The position numbers were made by a program, and so were the translations under genes. From Halanaerobiales bacterium (GTDB lineage Bacteria; Bacillota; Halanaerobiia; Halanaerobiales; M55B127): DNA of 64,000 bases. The notes beneath the pieces were generated by a model. That model did not search any database. It was not told the origin of the DNA and saw only the letters and a program-made list of their open reading frames with translations. Below are positions 38,859-49,379 of this stretch, piece after piece (the first letter of the stretch is position 1; each line of letters begins with the position of its first letter). Location of the stretch: positions 13,909-77,908 of the forward strand of contig JAGXLU010000004.1 in the NCBI GenBank assembly GCA_018334565.1. The letters run 5' to 3'.

Positions 38859-39515
38859 TCAAATTTTAAACCCTAATATTTTTGTTAAATTTATATCTTT
38901 GACCGAGTCAAATCGATAATCAGCATGTCCAACTCTTGATTCTGGGCCAATCCCTACCGCAATCATATCAGCTGCCAAAGCAGCATCTATACCTGCTTTT
39001 GCATCTTCAAAAACCACGCATTCTTCTGGTCTTAAATTTAACTTTTTTGCTGTATGTAAAAATAAATCTGGAGCTGGCTTGTTTTTTTTAACACTATATC
39101 CATCTGAAATTACATCAAACATATCCGCAATATCTAATTTTTTTATAACTGTTTTTGTATTTTTACTGGCTGAAGCTATTGCCATTTTATAACCTGCCTT
39201 TTTTGATCGTTGCAATATATCAAGAATTCCGTCCAGCAAATTATTGCGATCAATGGTTTTTAAATAGTCATTGTAATAATTATTCTTTCTCTCAGCCATT
39301 CTTTTTCTTTTTTCAGGAGTAACTCCTCTATTATTTTTTTCTAATAATAAATCCAGACATTCCAGACGAGAAACACCCCTAAACTTTTCATTAAATTCTC
39401 TGTCAAATTCCATCCCTTCTTCTTCGGCCAACTGCTTCCAACCTAAATAGTGATATTCAGCAGTATCTGTAATAATCCCATCTAAATCAAAAATTAGACC
39501 CCTTATTTTTTTCAA
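38859..39515 (-). CDS. pgmB: Beta-phosphoglucomutase
   Basis: 218 aa HAD protein. FDLDGIITDTAEYHYLGWKQLAEE and VFEDAKAGIDAA. Confidence 0.85.
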   Translation of the reverse strand: MKKIRGLIFDLDGIITDTAEYHYLGWKQLAEEEGMEFDREFNEKFRGVSRLECLDLLLEKNNRGVTPEKRKRMAERKNNYYNDYLKTIDRNNLLDGILDILQRSKKAGYKMAIASASKNTKTVIKKLDIADMFDVISDGYSVKKNKPAPDLFLHTAKKLNLRPEECVVFEDAKAGIDAALAADMIAVGIGPESRVGHADYRFDSVKDINLTKILGFKI

Positions 39516-39534
39516 AATTAGCCCCTCCCTTTGA

Positions 39535-40110
39535 CTATAATTTAAACCTTTCTAAAAGTTTATTATCTTCATCTAAGGTTGGTTTCCAGATTTCTATTAT
39601 ATTTGCTCGACAACTACGAGGAGTGTTTACTCCATCAAATCTAAAACACAAATGTTTGAAATCCTCATTAAATTTTTTTTGTTTTTCAGCAAAAACCGTA
39701 CTCGCTAAAGATATGTGAAATCTCCATTCTTTGTAATTATCAATAGTTGAAATATGAGCTTTTTCTAACTTCTCATGAAGTTCTCTACTGAAATTAACTA
39801 ATTTTTTATTCTCTTCTACATTTAAAACCAAAAAATTATTATCCTTAAAAGAATAACAATCAAAATTTTTAACAAAAATATCTATTTCAGAATATTTTAC
39901 AAGTGTTGATTTTATAATTTTAACAGCATCTTTTAACTTCTTTTTATATATCCTATCCAGAGTAATATGAATTTCAGGATATACATTATTTGGATAAAGT
40001 TGAAATTCTGAAGCCAGTCTTTTTTGTAAAAATCGGGCTAGTTTTAAAACGTCTCCTTCTGGTTTTAATACTATGAAATATTCTTTATCAAATGAAGAAT
40101 TTTTAATCAT
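39535..40110 (-). CDS. 2H phosphoesterase superfamily protein (LigT-like)
   Basis: Two HxT/S motifs (EIHITL, RFHISL). The ORF opens at 40179, but the ATG at 40110 overlaps the upstream stop (ATGATTAA) and is the likelier start. Confidence 0.6.
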   Translation of the reverse strand: MIKNSSFDKEYFIVLKPEGDVLKLARFLQKRLASEFQLYPNNVYPEIHITLDRIYKKKLKDAVKIIKSTLVKYSEIDIFVKNFDCYSFKDNNFLVLNVEENKKLVNFSRELHEKLEKAHISTIDNYKEWRFHISLASTVFAEKQKKFNEDFKHLCFRFDGVNTPRSCRANIIEIWKPTLDEDNKLLERFKL

Positions 40111-41374
40111 AAAGCGTCTTCCCATATCTATTATTAATAAATGAACAAAGTTCTTTATTATCATTTGTTTCAAATACATTATTATTTTTCTTTATCTTAT
40201 GAAATAGAGCTGTGATTTCTCCTTCAGTAAAGTCCCTTTCTTCTATTTCGGGGGTTGTTATAAATAAAATGTCCTTGTCTTTAAAATTTGCAAGCACCCT
40301 TATATTATCTAAATTACCCCAACCAAAAGGTGTATTCGACACAATAATAAGGTCAGCATCACTAATCTTTTTTTCGTTTTTCTGTACTGCTTTATTATCA
40401 ATTGGGGCAAAAGGAGGAATTTCAACTACTTCAAAATTTAATCTCTTTGCCTCTGCCCAATCCGTATCTCCTCTATTTAATACCCCACAGCTTACCCTGA
40501 TATTAAGATCATTTAATATACTCATTATATCTTTGCCTGTACCTCCACCACATATTAAATGAACTATAAAACTATTTTTTTTACGTCTTTGTATGTTTTT
40601 TGAATGAGGAATAATTATTACATAAGGCCTTTCTGTTATTGGATTATATTTTATATCAACATTTGTTTTATATACCTCACTGATGTTTTCTTTTGTAATA
40701 ACCTCATCAACTTTACCTATAGTGTGAATATAACCCTGATTTATTAATATTAACTTATCACAATACTGGCTAATTAAATTCAAATCATGTGAAACAGCCA
40801 AAACAGACATATCTAGTTTATTATTTAAATTTGAAATCAGGTCAAATATATTTCTTTGGTAATTAATATCCAAACTTGCTGTTGGTTCATCAAGCAGTAA
40901 AAGTTCAGGTTCCTGGACTATCGCACGGGCAATAATAACCCTTTGACGTTCTCCACCACTTAAGTTTTGGATTGATTTATCTTTGAACTTCTCAGTATCC
41001 GTTAATTGCAGAGCCTCGTCGACTTTTTTTCTATCTTTTTCACGTACTCTTCCCCAACGATCCTGATAGGGATTACGACCCATCATAACCAAATCATAAA
41101 CTGTGAAATTAAAATTGATCTCTGAATCTTGAGGTACAACAGCCATCTTTTTAGCGAGATCTTTATATGAATAATTATTTAACAAATCCTTATCCAGATA
41201 AATAAAACCTTGGTCGGGATCCAATAACTTACTTATATTTTTAAGTAAAGTTGATTTGCCCGAACCATTGGGACCAATGATACCAATAAATTCATTTTCT
41301 CTTAAATGAAAATCAATTTGATGCAGTATTTGTTGTTCACCATACGAAAAGTCTATACCTTTTAATTTTAGCAT
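40103..41374 (-). CDS. ABC ATPase (FepC/BtuD iron-siderophore/cobalamin type) with ~170-aa C-terminal extension
   Basis: GPNGSGKSTLLK, LSGGERQRV, LLLLDEPT in the first ~250 aa. An unassigned domain follows (..IVHLICGGGTGKDI..). Confidence 0.8.
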   Translation of the reverse strand: MLKLKGIDFSYGEQQILHQIDFHLRENEFIGIIGPNGSGKSTLLKNISKLLDPDQGFIYLDKDLLNNYSYKDLAKKMAVVPQDSEINFNFTVYDLVMMGRNPYQDRWGRVREKDRKKVDEALQLTDTEKFKDKSIQNLSGGERQRVIIARAIVQEPELLLLDEPTASLDINYQRNIFDLISNLNNKLDMSVLAVSHDLNLISQYCDKLILINQGYIHTIGKVDEVITKENISEVYKTNVDIKYNPITERPYVIIIPHSKNIQRRKKNSFIVHLICGGGTGKDIMSILNDLNIRVSCGVLNRGDTDWAEAKRLNFEVVEIPPFAPIDNKAVQKNEKKISDADLIIVSNTPFGWGNLDNIRVLANFKDKDILFITTPEIEERDFTEGEITALFHKIKKNNNVFETNDNKELCSFINNRYGKTLYD

Positions 41375-41380
41375 TTTTTA

Positions 41381-42394
41381 TCACCAAATCTCTTTTTTGG
41401 TTTTTCTAAGTAAATAGATAAAGTAGGGTCCTCCGGTTAAAGCAGTGATTATTCCGACAGGTATTTCCATTGGAGCTAATAATATACGAGCCAGATTATC
41501 ACTTATAATTAAAAACATACCACCCAAAATTGCAGCTGTAGGGTATAGTTTTTTGTGGTCTGGCCCTACAAGTAATCTTGCAATATGAGGCACAATAAGA
41601 CCAATAAAACCTATACTTCCACTAACTGAAACTACAGAAGCAGTAATCAAAGAAGCCCCTACGATTAAATACTTTTTGGTCTTCTCAACATCCACACCCA
41701 AGTGTTGAGCATGGGTCTCACCTAATAAAATCAAATTTAAATCTTTTAAGAAAAATATAATCATCACATTCCCTATAAGGAAATAAGGTATCATTAATTT
41801 TATATCATGCCAGCTGGCCGTAGATAAACTGCCCAAAAGCCAATATATTATTTTTTGTAAATCCCTCGTCCCAATTACCATAAAAAATGACATGAGGGCA
41901 TTTAAAACAAAACCTACAGCTACGCCAGCCAATAAAAAAGTTACAACAGGTACTTTCCCATTTGTCTTAGCTAAGTTATAAACAATGTATACAGTAATTA
42001 AAGCACCAACAAATGCGGTCAAAGGAATAGTACTAAAAAACAAAAAACTAAACTGAAGATTTAACACAATTGCTATGGTTACTCCAGTGCCTGCTCCAGC
42101 AGAAATACCAACAATATAGGGATCAACCATTGGATTTCTTATAACACCTTGAAAGACAACTCCTGCTATTGATAACCCGGCTCCAACCAAAAAGCCAAGT
42201 ATTATTCGTGGTAATCTAATTTGATTTATAATGACATTCAATGAGTTATTCATGTCTTTTTTAGAAAATATTATCTTTACAACTTCATAAGGAGAAAGAT
42301 TCACTGATCCCAAACTTAAAGAGATTATACTTACTAAAATAAGTCCTGCAATAATAATTAATACTAAGTAAAAATAGTTTATCTTCTTCTTCAT
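41381..42394 (-). CDS. FecCD/BtuC-type ABC permease
   Basis: About 9-10 TM. C-terminal PVGIITALTGGPYFIYLL is typical of FecCD. The GGAGG RBS supports the MKKKINYF start (ORF opens at 42457). Confidence 0.85.
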   Translation of the reverse strand: MKKKINYFYLVLIIIAGLILVSIISLSLGSVNLSPYEVVKIIFSKKDMNNSLNVIINQIRLPRIILGFLVGAGLSIAGVVFQGVIRNPMVDPYIVGISAGAGTGVTIAIVLNLQFSFLFFSTIPLTAFVGALITVYIVYNLAKTNGKVPVVTFLLAGVAVGFVLNALMSFFMVIGTRDLQKIIYWLLGSLSTASWHDIKLMIPYFLIGNVMIIFFLKDLNLILLGETHAQHLGVDVEKTKKYLIVGASLITASVVSVSGSIGFIGLIVPHIARLLVGPDHKKLYPTAAILGGMFLIISDNLARILLAPMEIPVGIITALTGGPYFIYLLRKTKKEIW

Positions 42395-42500
42395 AAATTC
42401 GACCTCCACTACATTTCTAACATATACTATAACATAAATTTTATACTTTATCCACAATATATATTATCTATTAAACCCCCATAATCTTTAGTAAAACTAC

Positions 42501-44861
42501 CTAATAATTGATAATTATTTTTTCTGTAATTCCATATTCTCTATCATTATTAATAAAAGATATCTGATCATTTAACTTTAAGACCTCAATACTTATTTTG
42601 TCCTTGGTTATTTCTATTTTATATTTGTTATTCCTTAATACTATATTAAAAGAGACCTTCTTCCATCTATCAGGTAAATTAGGTTCAATATATACTTTAT
42701 CCTCCCTATAATTTACCCCCGCAAAGCCAAATACTATTGCCTGCCATAATATTCCCAATGAGGCTGCATGAAGACCTTTATCACTGCTCTTCATATTTTC
42801 CCCTAAATCTATTTTAGATGCCCTATTAAATAAATTGTAGGCTTTATTAACTTCGCCTATATAACTGGCAACTAATGCATGTATACCCGGGCTTAAAGAA
42901 GAATCGTGTAATGTTATAGGTTCATAATAAGCAAAATTAGATTTTATTACATCCTCTGTAAATTTATTTCTTAATAAAAATACTAACATTACTACATCGG
43001 CCTGCTTACATACTTTTGTTTTATTAATTTGTTCCCAACTTAGATCATTAAAAATTGCATCTATTGGAGAATTTTTATATTTTTTTAAATCAATTTCTTT
43101 TAAATCAAAAAAACCTTCATGCTGAGGTATAATGTTATCTTTATTAATCTTAGGTATGTATAGCTTGTTGCTTTTATCTTGCCAATCTATTATTTCTTTT
43201 TCATTTAAGCCAATTTTGTTTTTTAAAAACCCAAAATATTTTGTATAATCTTCTTTTAAGTTTGCTACATATTCTAAGGCTTTTTCAAACTGCCAGTGTA
43301 CCATATGATTCGTAAAAGCATTGTTGTTAACCTCTTTTTTATATTCATCAGGACCCATTATATTATTTATTTCATATCTGTTTTTCTTTTTATTATACTC
43401 AAGACGTGAAGCCCAAAATCTGCTACTTTCAAAAAATATCTCAAAACCATAATCTTTCATAAAGTTAAAATCTTTTGTGAGGCGGTAGTACTCTGCAACC
43501 ATATATTGTACATCGGCAGTAATATGGTGTTGTAACTTACCGCTTAATATCTCGATTTCTTCACCTGTTTCTATATCGATCCCTCCATATTCAGGTGTTG
43601 TCTCTTGACCACTTCTAGCACTTTCCCAGGCATACATGGCTCCTTGATAACCATTTATCTTTGCTTTTTTGCGGGCACCCTTTAATGTGTTATACCGGTA
43701 TTTTAAGAGTGTTTTAGCTATTTGAGGATAATTATAGATAAAGAAAGGCAGCATAAATATTTCTGTATCCCAAAATACATGTCCTTTATAACCCGCTCCA
43801 CTTAATCCTTTAGCAGCTATACTTATTCTATTATCATGAGCAGGAGTCATTTGAATCATATGAAAGAGGGCAAATCTTATCGCTAACTGATCAAAATTAT
43901 TACCCGATATTTTAATGTCCATTTCATCCCAGATCGATCTCCATTTTTTTATATGCTTTAATTTGCAATCCTCATATCCTCTTTTTTTATTGTTTTTTAA
44001 ATTGCTTAATGCAGTATCTTGTAGCTCATCTATATTTTCTAGATCTTTATCCCTTTGGCTATAGACACTGAAATATTTACATATACTCACTTTTTTATTT
44101 TGAAGAAGATCAAATTTGATAATTCTTTTTAGTTTTCTTCTTTCCGATAAAACAGATTCTTCAGTTTTAATATTTTCTCGCTGGGATGATATTTCATGGC
44201 TGAGGGCAAAACAAAGTTTTAATGTCGATTGTTGTGTTTCTGGTTCATATACTAAATTGTCATCTACTAATCTTTTCATACCTTCTTTCAGATGCTGAGT
44301 GCCACTATTACTCGTTCTGGCGTTATATCCGTATCTTATTTTTATCTCACCCGAAAAATTTACAGCCTCCAGCTCTATTTTAGATAAAGCAGAATGCAGA
44401 TTAAACATCGAGATAAACCTTTCAAAATAAAACTTAACTTTGTGACCTTCCTTATTTTCCCAGAGAAATTCTCTAATGAGTAAACCATCTTTCAAATTAA
44501 GACGCCTACTGTATTGATATATCTTATCCTTAGTTAAATCAACTTTATTGTTGTTAATAAATATTTCAGTCTTTATCCAGTCCGGTAAATTGGGCATCTC
44601 CGTTACTTCACCCGGGAATTGATCAAATATACCTGCAACATAAAAACCAGGTCTTTCATTTGGATAACTCTCTTCCAAAGTACATCTGCTACCCATATAT
44701 CCATTCCCTAAGCAAAATATAGTTTCATATTTAGCCTGATTTTCAAGCTTAAATTCTTTCTCTTCTACTATCCAATTCTTATATCTACAGCTGCCGCTAT
44801 CATATTCAATAGTCAATTCAAACCCTCCTCGAACTTTTCTTATACCAACAAACAAAAACAA
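42501..44861 (-). CDS. GH65 glycoside hydrolase / disaccharide phosphorylase (maltose/kojibiose/trehalose type)
   Basis: About 770-786 aa. GHVFWDTEIFMLPFF and other GH65 catalytic-domain blocks. A TTG at 44816 behind GAGGAGGG is an alternative start. Confidence 0.85.
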   Translation of the reverse strand: MFLFVGIRKVRGGFELTIEYDSGSCRYKNWIVEEKEFKLENQAKYETIFCLGNGYMGSRCTLEESYPNERPGFYVAGIFDQFPGEVTEMPNLPDWIKTEIFINNNKVDLTKDKIYQYSRRLNLKDGLLIREFLWENKEGHKVKFYFERFISMFNLHSALSKIELEAVNFSGEIKIRYGYNARTSNSGTQHLKEGMKRLVDDNLVYEPETQQSTLKLCFALSHEISSQRENIKTEESVLSERRKLKRIIKFDLLQNKKVSICKYFSVYSQRDKDLENIDELQDTALSNLKNNKKRGYEDCKLKHIKKWRSIWDEMDIKISGNNFDQLAIRFALFHMIQMTPAHDNRISIAAKGLSGAGYKGHVFWDTEIFMLPFFIYNYPQIAKTLLKYRYNTLKGARKKAKINGYQGAMYAWESARSGQETTPEYGGIDIETGEEIEILSGKLQHHITADVQYMVAEYYRLTKDFNFMKDYGFEIFFESSRFWASRLEYNKKKNRYEINNIMGPDEYKKEVNNNAFTNHMVHWQFEKALEYVANLKEDYTKYFGFLKNKIGLNEKEIIDWQDKSNKLYIPKINKDNIIPQHEGFFDLKEIDLKKYKNSPIDAIFNDLSWEQINKTKVCKQADVVMLVFLLRNKFTEDVIKSNFAYYEPITLHDSSLSPGIHALVASYIGEVNKAYNLFNRASKIDLGENMKSSDKGLHAASLGILWQAIVFGFAGVNYREDKVYIEPNLPDRWKKVSFNIVLRNNKYKIEITKDKISIEVLKLNDQISFINNDREYGITEKIIINY

Positions 44862-44933
44862 TAAGTGCTTTTCTTAAAATCAGACAGCCTTTATTAAAGT
44901 TATTTAAATATTCTTACAATTTATAAATAAAAA

Positions 44934-45009
44934 TGGAGCGGAAAACGGGATTCGAACCCGCGGCCTTCTCGTTGGCAACGAGATGCTCTACCAGCTGAGC
45001 TACTTCCGC
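44934..45009 (-). tRNA. tRNA-Gly (anticodon GCC), CCA encoded
   Basis: Reverse complement is GCGGAAGTAGCTCAGCTGGTAGAGCATCTCGTTGCCAACGAGAAGGCCGCGGGTTCGAATCCCGTTTTCCGCTCCA. Anticodon loop is TTGCCAA. Confidence 0.9.
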
Positions 45010-45026
45010 TTAGGTTATTATATTTA

Positions 45027-45111
45027 TGGTGGAGGGGAGAGGATTTGAACCTCTGTAGGCATCGCCGGCAGATTTACAGTCTGCTCCCTTTAGCCACTCG
45101 GGCACCCCTCC
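45027..45111 (-). tRNA. tRNA-Tyr (anticodon GUA), CCA encoded
   Basis: Reverse complement is GGAGGGGTGCCCGAGTGGCTAAAGGGAGCAGACTGTAAATCTGC..variable arm..GGTTCAAATCCTCTCCCCTCCACCA. Confidence 0.9.
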
Positions 45112-45143
45112 ATAATTAATTTATAGGCTTTAAATCCTTATTA

Positions 45144-45172
45144 ATAGTAATATATTTTGTCCTGTTTGTCAA
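45144..45172 (-). promoter_or_regulatory. Sigma-70-type promoter for the tRNA-Tyr/tRNA-Gly pair
   Basis: Minus strand reads TTGACA-17 nt-TACTAT, about 30 nt upstream of tRNA-Tyr. Confidence 0.65.
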
Positions 45173-45436
45173 GAGTAAAATTTTCTTAAAACTACTAAAA
45201 TAATGATATAAATTCTGTAATATAAAGATATACTATTACTGTAAAAAGAACAATTGGTAATCCTTGTTTTATTAATCTCCCTTTATTATTCTTGATATTA
45301 AGAAATAATTGTTATATTCTAAAGTTAAATTATTTTATTGCCTTTTTAATGTCATTAACATTTATATCTTTAATATTGATTTATCAAAAAGGTTATACTT
45401 TTTATTAAAAAATAATTAAATTTGGAGGTTTACTTT

Positions 45437-45868
45437 ATGTTACAAGGTGTTTTGTTTTCTATTTTAGCGGGTATTATGGTCTCATTACAGGGTATATTTA
45501 ACACCCGAGCCAGTGAACATATTGGCTTATGGCAGATAAATACATTGGTTCACGGCTCAGGCTTAATTCTAGCAACAATAATTTTAGTAACTTTTAGTAA
45601 AGGGGATTTTACTAATATTAAAAATGTTAATCCATATTATTTAATCGGAGGTTTTTTGGGAGTAATAATAATTTTTAGTGTAATCAAAGGAATATCTGCT
45701 CTGGGAGCTAGTTATTGTATAACAATACTGATTGTCACTCAAATTATTGCCAATGCATTAATTAACTATTACGGAGTATTTGGCGAACATATTATAAATT
45801 TTTCTTGGACAAAAATCATTGGTATTCTTATGATGATAACAGGAGTATTACTTTATCAGTTAACTTAA
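45437..45868 (+). CDS. DMT-superfamily small membrane protein (DUF606/YdcZ-like)
   Basis: About 143 aa with 4-5 TM. GGAGG RBS before MLQGVLFS (ORF opens at 45422). Confidence 0.6.
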   Translation: MLQGVLFSILAGIMVSLQGIFNTRASEHIGLWQINTLVHGSGLILATIILVTFSKGDFTNIKNVNPYYLIGGFLGVIIIFSVIKGISALGASYCITILIVTQIIANALINYYGVFGEHIINFSWTKIIGILMMITGVLLYQLT

Positions 45869-46003
45869 AAAATAATCTCAACTACTAATTTTAGTTAATT
45901 GAATATTAAACTACCATATGGAAACTTTTTTAAACCTAATCCAGAAGATATCTATAATCACAAAATTTAATTGATAAGGTTAATTAATATTTCTCATGAT
46001 ACA

Positions 46004-47218
46004 CTAATCTCCATTCTTAACTTTATACATATTTTGATCTGCTGAATTATATATATCTGAGAAATGCGTTTTTTTGTTTTTGGCAGTTTCTGTCCCTAGA
46101 GAAATACTCAAAGGCACAGGTAAATCTTTTTCGTGGTTCACTATTTTAATCTTATGTTCAATTCTATCACAAATATTTTTTGCTTCTAAAGAATCTGTTT
46201 CAATTAATAATATAACAAATTCGTCTCCACCAATTCGCGCTGCAATATCTTCTGTTCTGAGGGTTTCTTTTAAAATATTTGCAATTTTTTTTATGTATTT
46301 ATCACCTAATACATGACCATAATTATCATTAATGTATTTTAGATTGTCAATATCACCGATTATTATGCTGATGGGATGTTTTCTGGAATTTTTTAATCTT
46401 TGGATTTCATTATTTAAATATCTTCTATTATATAATCCCGTCAATTCATCGTGGTAAGACAAATATCGAACTTTTTCTTTAGCCTTTTTTTGCTGGTCAA
46501 TATCAATATATATTCCAACTGCACGCAGGGGTTGGTTTTTTGCATCCCAAGTAGTTATGCTCCCAATATTTCTTACCCACTTCCATTCTCCTTCAACAGT
46601 TTTTATCCGGTATTCCATTTCAAAGATTTCAATATCTCCCTGTGTCAATTTATCAATATTTCCTTTGAATTTTTTTATATCATCTTTATAAATAATATTT
46701 ATTAATTCTTTATATTTAACTCTTTCAGTAAATTTATATCCTAAAATATTAACCCATTTTTCATTATGATACACCTCACCTGATTTTATATCCCAATCCC
46801 ATATGCCTATGTGTGCCCCTTTTACTGCTAACTCTAATCTGTTTTTATGTTTTTTGATTTCTCGTTCCCGCTGTCTTTTTTCAGTAACATCAATTATATT
46901 TACAAGCTTTTTATCATCTGGGAGTACTTTTGTTCTAAAATCTATATATTTAGTTTCGCCGTTTTTGGTGGCTATTTTTAAATTTTGATAAGACCTCTCT
47001 CTTTTAATATTTTCTTTAAACCATTTTTCCACTTTACTACTTTTTCCCGAATCAAGAAAAGCAAACTTGAACCAGGTTTTAATATTTTGGATATCTTCCT
47101 GCGTATATCCGATAATATCACTGGCAGTTTTGTTAATATATAAAAAATTATTTTGGGAATCTAGTAGCAAAACACCTACTATCAAATTATCTAAAAGTTG
47201 TAACGGTCTTTTTATCAT
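46004..47218 (-). CDS. PAS-PAS-GGDEF diguanylate cyclase
   Basis: 404 aa. Two PAS/PAC modules, YHDELTGLYNRRY, RIGGDEFVIL. Confidence 0.85.
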   Translation of the reverse strand: MIKRPLQLLDNLIVGVLLLDSQNNFLYINKTASDIIGYTQEDIQNIKTWFKFAFLDSGKSSKVEKWFKENIKRERSYQNLKIATKNGETKYIDFRTKVLPDDKKLVNIIDVTEKRQREREIKKHKNRLELAVKGAHIGIWDWDIKSGEVYHNEKWVNILGYKFTERVKYKELINIIYKDDIKKFKGNIDKLTQGDIEIFEMEYRIKTVEGEWKWVRNIGSITTWDAKNQPLRAVGIYIDIDQQKKAKEKVRYLSYHDELTGLYNRRYLNNEIQRLKNSRKHPISIIIGDIDNLKYINDNYGHVLGDKYIKKIANILKETLRTEDIAARIGGDEFVILLIETDSLEAKNICDRIEHKIKIVNHEKDLPVPLSISLGTETAKNKKTHFSDIYNSADQNMYKVKNGD

Positions 47219-47356
47219 TGTTGAAAAACCCTTTCCAATAAAATATATCTAAAAACATCCATTAACTTTTGTTATATATATCTTTTTTGAATCGAAATAT
47301 TTTTATAAACCAAAAATTCAATTTTTTACTATATTTTGATCTAAATTATTTTAAAT

Positions 47357-48598
47357 TCACGAAGCTTGTTCCTTGAATTTTCCCAAAATAAAATAAATTG
47401 TTATTATGGTAATAAAAGTAACTATAGATAGCAAAATCCAACTATAAGAATATGAACCTGACCGATCAGCCATGTAACCAAATATAGGTGGGCCGATAAT
47501 TATTCCAGTCCTGACAAAGACCAAAGAAAGGCCAATGCCTATACCAGTCTTATCTATATCTACCTGATCAGAAATAGCAGAAAAATATAAGCCCTGCCAT
47601 CCACGACCTGTTGCTCCAAGTAAAAAAGCACATATAAATATTATTAACAAAGATGGATTAAAATTATTCATAAAACCAAAAGTAATAAATACAATACTCG
47701 CCAATATACCTAAATATAAGAATCCATTTCTCTTAATATTATTAAATATCCTATCATTTAATAGACCCCAAGCAGGCCTTCCTGCTACACTTCCTATCTG
47801 CAAAAACATAAATCCGACTCCGGCCATCACTTCTTTAAAACCATAATCCATATATAAAAACAAAGTGAAATGTGTCACTACAATACCGGAAATTACGCCG
47901 AAGTAAAAACCTAAAATACAGAGTACAAATAGATATTTGTTATTAAAAAGTATGATGATATCCTCGGTAATAGTATTATCTATTTGCTCATCTTTAATTT
48001 TGTTTTTTTTATCTTCATGACCATCAAAATAAAGTAATTTAAATAAAATAGCAACAATAAAAAATAGTAAACCCATTATAATTATATCAACACGCCATCC
48101 CAGGTTTTCGCCAATCCAAGGTATTAAAACTGCTCCAATTACACCTCCTAAAGGGAAACCCAAAGTCATAATACCCATTACAGTAGATTGATTATCTGAT
48201 CCAAAATTATCAGCAATACCTTTACTACTGGTTGGTAATATCATACTTAAACCTAATCCAGTTAGGGTGGCAAAGATAAGTATAATAATAAAACCGGAGG
48301 CAAAAGCATGAAAAATAATAAAAAGACCCATAAAAACAAGCCCCATGATCATACTCTTTTTAACTCCCCAGTAATCAGCTATTCTACCCGATAAGATTGC
48401 TACGATTGTCGAACTGGCATATAAAAATGTTGAATATAGGCCTACTTGTGTCCTGGTTAAACTAAATTCTGCCTGTAAAAATGGAAACAATGTCATTATT
48501 CCATTTCTATATATTCCTGCCATAATACCTGCGAAGGTTATTAAAAAAAGAATCTGTATATTCGAAGTTTTTTTGGTTTTTTGTCTGTTTTTTTCCAT
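47357..48598 (-). CDS. MFS transporter
   Basis: 413 aa, 12 TM, GRIADYWGVKK-type loop 2-3 motif. Confidence 0.8.
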   Translation of the reverse strand: MEKNRQKTKKTSNIQILFLITFAGIMAGIYRNGIMTLFPFLQAEFSLTRTQVGLYSTFLYASSTIVAILSGRIADYWGVKKSMIMGLVFMGLFIIFHAFASGFIIILIFATLTGLGLSMILPTSSKGIADNFGSDNQSTVMGIMTLGFPLGGVIGAVLIPWIGENLGWRVDIIIMGLLFFIVAILFKLLYFDGHEDKKNKIKDEQIDNTITEDIIILFNNKYLFVLCILGFYFGVISGIVVTHFTLFLYMDYGFKEVMAGVGFMFLQIGSVAGRPAWGLLNDRIFNNIKRNGFLYLGILASIVFITFGFMNNFNPSLLIIFICAFLLGATGRGWQGLYFSAISDQVDIDKTGIGIGLSLVFVRTGIIIGPPIFGYMADRSGSYSYSWILLSIVTFITIITIYFILGKFKEQAS

Positions 48599-49077
48599 TA
48601 TTATATCATTCCATTTTTATTTTATAATATTATATCAAAGCATATTTTAATTTCAATATTTTCAATTTTTATAAACAAAATAATTATTAGATTTAATTTA
48701 TATTTTCGCTTCTCTTGTATGCTGAAATGTTTTGTGATTTATTGTAAGGAATTTAATATAATTTATCAATTTAACCCTCTATGTTATTAAACATTATACA
48801 TAAGTTATTAAAATATGTCTATTGTTTTACAAATTTATTCTTTTAATTATTTTATACATCTTACTTAAAATGTTTTTAATCATAGAAATCTAATGTGTAA
48901 GATCTATGTTATAATAATTATATAACTTTGTGGACTTGATAAATATTATTAACTACATTTTATAAAAAAAGATGGTTTTATTTATTTTTTATCTAAAACA
49001 ACCAAGAAAACCCACCCAAGCTACTATATTGCATGGAGATGAATTAATTATTTTAAATTTAATTAGATATTGAATTT

Positions 49078-49376
49078 AAAATTAATCTTTCCCTTGATTT
49101 TCAATATAATCTTTAATTATCTCAATAGTAGCACCACCAGTAGATACAATACAGTAGTTTTTAGACCAAAAAGCAGACTCTCAATTGTTGTTCATACTGC
49201 TTTTTAATAAGTCTTGAAGATGCAGTTTTTAAAGTATTAACCAATTTAGATAATTGTATTTGTGGTGGGGTTTCAAAGAGAATATATACATGTTCTTGCT
49301 CCCCTCCGAACTCTAAAACATTACAATCTTTATCATTAAGTAGCCTAATAAATATCTTTTCTAGTTCTTCAAGCAT
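49078..49376 (-). pseudogene. IS200/IS605 TnpA (Y1 transposase) fragment, N-terminally truncated and frameshifted
   Basis: ..NVLEFGGEQEHVYILFETPPQIQLSKLVNTLKTASSRLIKKQY.. then, after a frameshift, FWSKNYCIVSTGGATIEIIKDYIENQGKD-stop. The N-terminal ~30 aa are missing. Confidence 0.7.
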
Positions 49377-49379
49377 TTC

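Noticed and set aside
49161-49376. 71-aa ORF taken at face value as an intact small gene.
   Set aside because: It is the middle of an IS200/IS605 TnpA. It lacks the N-terminal ~30 residues, and the C-terminal part continues in another frame.
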